Shown piece after piece: positions 59,049-64,000 of a stretch of DNA of 64,000 nt. Position numbers and translations under genes: made by a program. The first letter of the stretch is position 1. Every line of letters starts with the position of its first letter. Source of the DNA: Amphiscolops sp. MND2022 (taxonomy: Eukaryota); contig OZ076409.1 in NCBI GenBank assembly GCA_964187785.1, positions 29,886,001 to 29,950,000 on the forward strand, in the 5' to 3' direction. Under the pieces are notes generated by a model, which worked only from the letters and a program-made list of their open reading frames with translations, was not told the origin of the DNA and did no database searches.

Positions 59049-62000
59049 TTAATTTAGTCTTTTCTGGTATCTAAAGTCTTCTGAGTAGTTTGGGTTAGGG
59101 TTAGGCCTGAGGTTATATTTCCCTCCTCTAGGACTCAGACTTTCATATCTGTCGTCATTTTGCGATATTTCGGGCACGGTAAAATCATCCCCTCTTTTGG
59201 GAGAATTTTGTGCATCGTTTTTGTTAGCCGAATTTTCTTCTGAAAAATTTGCATCGTTTTCTTGTCTCTCAGACAGATCCGGAAAAGATTTTTCTTGATA
59301 TTTGTTGTTAACGGCCGAATCCGGCCAATAAGAGTTTTCATTTTTGTCAGCTTCATTAGCTTCATTTCTATTGGTGACGTCACATTTCATTTTTTAGTTT
59401 TGACTTTGCGCTGCATCGTTGACGTCATTTGGACTATCAGTCGTGATTATATAATCCGCTTCATTCTCGTGTGCGTCATTTGAATCCGCTTCTGCCGTAA
59501 CCGGCTGTTCGCCATTCGGCAAGTTAGTCGGAATCGGCTCGTTGCCTCGTGCAGCTAGCTGGTCATCGAAGTTTGTTTCCCACGTTAGTGTATAGAAGTC
59601 GTCTTGCGGAATGACAATTTCTTCGTCTAGGAAGTTGTCATCAAGCGGTTGAGTGGGAACGAATTTTTTAGGGCAAAATCGATGCAAGATATCTGTTTCG
59701 TTTGTATTTAGCCTGCCGACGATGTAATTCTCATTGAATAGAACTTTCTGGACTATAAATGGTCCAACCCAACGATAATCTCTGAACGGGATCTTTGATC
59801 CTTGGTGATCAGCTTTTGGCTGCAGTACAAAACAGTAATCGTTTTCTTTGAGTGGTTCCGCTTTTGCTTTGCGGTCATAATATTCCTTGTATTTAATGTA
59901 GGATTGCATGATATTCTGCTTCGTTTTATCAATCAGGAGTTTTGTCCGGTTCTGGATTTCTTCCGCGAATTCACTTGTGTGAGTGATTTTGTCGTTTGGA
60001 TTATATCCAAGCTTGTGATCCAAGATATTGTATGGAACTCGTCCATGGAATACTTTTGTTGGTTCACAACCGATACTTGCGTGATAACTCGTGTTGTGGT
60101 TCAGAACTGCTAATGGCAAGTATTTATGCCATTGTCGGCGACACTCTCCACATGCCCATTTTAGGTTCGTCTTCAATGAGGCATGGGTACGCTCCAGTTT
60201 TCCGATCGTTTGCGGGTGTTTTTCGTCGCACATTTGAGAGTAATTCCCAAACTTTGCGTAATCTCCGCAAAAATCGTAGATGTGAATGCAGTTCTTTTAT
60301 CCGCAATGAGCGTCGTTGATAGGTACGCTTGTTTCGTCATCATGTCGCTGAGCACTTTTGGTACATTGATCGCTGAGGCATCCGTAAGAGGATAGGCGAA
60401 CAGATATCAAGAAAAGACATCAATTGAAGTTAGAACATTTTCATATCCTCCACTTGGGGGAAGATTCGGCAATAAGTCAATCTGCATGACATTTTCGGGT
60501 CCAAGGTCCCATTCCGGCAAGTTAAGTAGTTCAGGCGTAATTGTTGCGTTTGGGACGCGCTTGTCCCTCGCGCATTGTTCGCACCCTTCTACCCACGTTT
60601 TAACATACTTTGCCATGTTAGGGAAGTAATGCCTCTGTCTGATCTCCTGTAACATCTTTGATATGCCAAGGTGCTTGTTAGCAGTCCCGTAAAAAGACTG
60701 GAGCAGTTCTTGGAGTAGAGTGAGTGCTGCGGGAGCAGAATTTGATGGTACTTTACGTTCCCCGTTTCATCGAAGTATTGCCTGGTCAGGACTTCAATTC
60801 GTTCTAATTTGCTTGCATAAAGTCGGTATCGAGCATCTTGCGTGATGGAGTTTTGCGTTCAATTGCTGAAGTACTGTATCCTTGGATTGTTCGATGATTA
60901 TTTGGTTCGTTTTCCGTAATCGGTCTTGTATTTCAGGTTGTTGTTTAACCAGATTTGTGGAGAGTGTTTGGATTGTTACAGCAGGTTCTGCTATGGCGAG
61001 ATTTTTCCCGATTGCTTCTTTCCTCGCCCAGTATTGTTCTTCTGTGTCATCGTCATCAATAGTGTAGAAGATTTGCTCTTCCTGTGAGACCCCTGTTGAT
61101 TGGACAATGATTTCGATTGGTAGGGTTTGTACATCTTCACGGATTTTCATGACTAATTTGTCTTTTGGGTCGGCTCTCAATCGGGACAGGTAATCCGGTG
61201 CCGTATTCTGTGCTCCTGGTCCTGGGATGTGTGCTATGACAAAATTGAACTGAATGACAGTCACAAGCGTTCCACAGGGCTTGGGGTACGATTTTGGTTT
61301 GAAAAAAATGTGTGACGGCTTTGTTGTCTGTTAGGATGGTGACCGGTTTCGGCGCGCCCCAGAAAATATGCCCAAATACTTTGAACGCGAAATAAATTGC
61401 GAGGAATTCTTTTGCATAAATGTACATTTTTATATGGGCGGAGTTGAAAGTATTTGAGCCGTAGGCGACCAGTGCATTTGCGGATTCCGTAGCATTTGCG
61501 GATTGAAGTGAGTTTCTGACTTGGGTCATCTTCTATGAGTAGTGCGTATCCAGCAGCACTAAAACTTGCATCTGTCATCAGTGCGATTTGTTTGTTCGGA
61601 ATCGGTTGTTGTAGGGCTAAGTTGCTGCATTTGTCTAGTGCTCGATTGATTTCTTCAAATTGTTGAACCAATTCTTTTGATACTAGGACAATTTCGTCAC
61701 TTTTCAGCATATTGTTGAATGGAGCAAGGCGTTCGGAAATTCTTGGGACGTAGTTTCTGTAATAGTTCAAGAATCCCAAATACTATTGTAAAGCCTTTTC
61801 CGACTTCGGAAATTTGGTTTTTTCAAGAATGTTCTGAACGTTCTGTCTTTGGGGTTTGACACCTTGTGGGGTAATCGTTCGTCCAAAAAAATCACTTTCT
61901 GTGGCACCGAAATGACATTTGTGCATTGTCAATGTAAAGCCTGCTTCCTGGATGCATTTGAATATTGCTCTCAGGTTAGCGATGAGATGATCAGCGTCGT

Positions 62001-64000
62001 TGGATGCCGATATCGTCGACGTACTGGGCACACTGGTCCGCTTTGATAACTTTATCAAGGTATTCTCGCATGAAACCGGAAAATGCGGACAGAGCCCGAC
62101 TGAGGCCTTGTGCTAAACGTCTGTACGCAAAAATGCAACTTGCAAAGTTGAAGGCTAACATTTCAATAGATCGTTGGTCAACCATCTGGAAGCAATGGTA
62201 TGCCTCTGAGCAGTCTAATTTGCAAAAAAGACTTTTGCCTGCCATATGTTGGGCGGCATCAACTAGGGTACTGACGGGATGATTATTGTTTATATAGTCA
62301 TCGGGAATTAGGTTGTTGATTTTTCTCAAGTCAACCAGGAGTCGGAGTTTTCCATTCGGTTTCTTTTGCGCAAATATCGGGCTGGCGTTTTTCGAAAATG
62401 GTAGGGTAGTGATAATTCCATATCTATGCAACATGGCCAGTTCGACATGGATGTCTTCCTATAAGTTTATTGGTGCTGGGAGACTCTGACTATAGGCTGG
62501 GGAGTCGTCCTTAGGTGTCAATTTCACCTTGAATTCTTCATTCATGCCTATATCAAATCTGTGTCTGGCGAAAATATGGAATTCCACTAGTAGTTCTTCA
62601 ATCTTTGCTTTTTCGTCGGTAGTCAAAGTGGAATCTTTCCAATCGATATCTTCTAGGAATTTCGCACTGGATTCCTCAACTTTGGTAGGGTCTAGAGTCT
62701 CCAGGTCCTGTAGGGCCTGTAGTTACCGTCGTATTCGTTTCTGGGTTGGTGTGTGCTCCTCCGGGTTACCTGGGTGTTCCGGAGTTGGGAATTAAAAATT
62801 TTCTGTATTCTGTGAATTTTTATTGGTCTTGATGAGACTGCTGACATAATGGGTTTCCTGCTTTTGGTCGTTTCTTAAGAGATGTCAGGTCAATGCCGGG
62901 TCAACCGTTTTGACGTACTTCATTTGTTCTGGCGTCATGACAGAGAAACTGGCACAATGGAGTCCTTTCTTGAGTTTATCGGGGTGATCTGTGAAGTTGT
63001 TCACAGGAATCGATATATTGTCATCGTTCAGAGTGACCAAAGCTGGGCAAAAGGTAGTGTCGCCTTCTTCATGTAGAAGGTCGCTTGGTTGCAGTATGTC
63101 AGTGCAAAGTTCTCAGGGTAGAGTAAGGAATTTGTCTTGATTAGGACTGTGTCATTTGGTGGAATGGTGATGTCAGTCGGGTTGAGGATTGGTTCTAGTA
63201 CGTTGGAGTACTTGTGGTCAGCTGTTTTGAGCTGCATCGAAAAAAAAAACACGAAATTGAGGATTCCTTGTCTCATGTCCAGAACTGTATGATTTCTCTG
63301 AAGGAACATTAGTCCAATAATTGGTACTGTCAAATGCTCCATTACGATAAAAATTTCATGGAACTCAATATCACCAACTTCAAATTTGAGCTCTATAGTA
63401 CCCTTGGAGGTCTCTAGTTGCCCATTTGCAACCATGATTTGAAAATTGGGAGGCGGACAACAGATAACGGATAACAGATTGTGGAGATAAGAGTAGGATT
63501 TTTTAGAGGTCCATTTCTGGAATTGCAATGGATAGTGCCCCAGTGTCAATTAGTTCATCTATGGTCAGTTCCTCAAAATCCATTTGGAAATAGAGCATGC
63601 GTTTTTTGCATTTAAAATTATTGTTGGTTGACAGGGGTATACAGTCTGGCTCACCTTCTTTGGTGATGAGTACATTCTGGAACTGTTTTTCATCTAGTAG
63701 CGATTGTTGAATTGATTCGGCAAAATTTTCAGTATTCTCGGTGCCCGAGGGGTTGGGAACACCGGATGGTTCGTACCATCATTCATTTGCCAATTTTCGA
63801 TTAGCGCTCTCGTTTTCTTGTTATGGGTGATTGGAGGATTCTCGTGGACTGTCTTGTTGTAATGCTCGATGTCGTCTATGACATATTGAAACTGCAATAG
63901 ATCCTGGTTGTACATCTCAGTATCCCAATAGGGATCTCTTTCAAAGTCTGAGGCGATGTATGTCGGATTGTAGTCATCTATCAAGGGAATGGGCCTGAAT
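59049..64000 (-). pseudogene. pol: pol of element D (protease, RT, RNase H, integrase)
   Basis: LIDTGA ~63545; RT SPIFAQKKPNGKLRLLVDLRKIN, KLDCSEAYH, QYVDDI ~62015; RNase H LMTDASF..AGY, ILTDNK; integrase CEQC, IDVFS, GKLERTH, WVGPF. Confidence 0.95.

Larger units (their letters stand above)
51275..64000 (-). mobile_element. Ty3/Gypsy LTR retrotransposon D with ~7 kb post-pol cargo (5' end beyond window)
   Basis: PR-RT-RH-IN on minus at 63560-59049; putative PPT AAAGGGAATG and 3' LTR 52044-51275. Assigning the intervening DNA to this element is an inference. Confidence 0.7.

Noticed and set aside
62900..63230. Possible degenerate dUTPase-like segment between protease and RT in element D
   Set aside because: No dUTPase catalytic motifs are visible; it would need a profile search.

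Overview
Eukaryotic (animal-like, AT-rich) genomic DNA dominated by decayed transposable elements; the bacterial-style ORF track is mostly uninformative. All motif calls below come from manual reading and translation, with no database search. From left to right: (1) a window-truncated Ty3/Gypsy element with an internal deletion (1-1144, -); (2) a complete 5.7-kb Gypsy relative with ATCTA target-site duplication (TSD) (2811-8550, +), lying between two probable host exons; (3) two foldback/Mutator-type MITEs with 9-bp TSDs; (4) a ~167-bp tandem array and four Helentron-type (HINE/DINE-1-like) non-autonomous elements; (5) a BEL/Pao element (19128-25204, +); (6) an 18.9-kb Gypsy element (27730-46621, -, CCAC TSD) with gag, pol, a class-III-like (gB/chuvirus-type) env and several accessory ORFs; (7) LINE and Penelope-like fragments; (8) a further Gypsy element (51275 to beyond 64000, -) with ~7 kb of cargo between pol and the 3' LTR. 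Top leads: a PHD finger inserted between motifs B' and C of a Penelope-like reverse transcriptase; an intron-containing, hAT-transposase-like gene carried antisense inside an LTR retrotransposon; and a complex-retrovirus-like enveloped Gypsy. No rRNA, tRNA or CRISPR array was seen.
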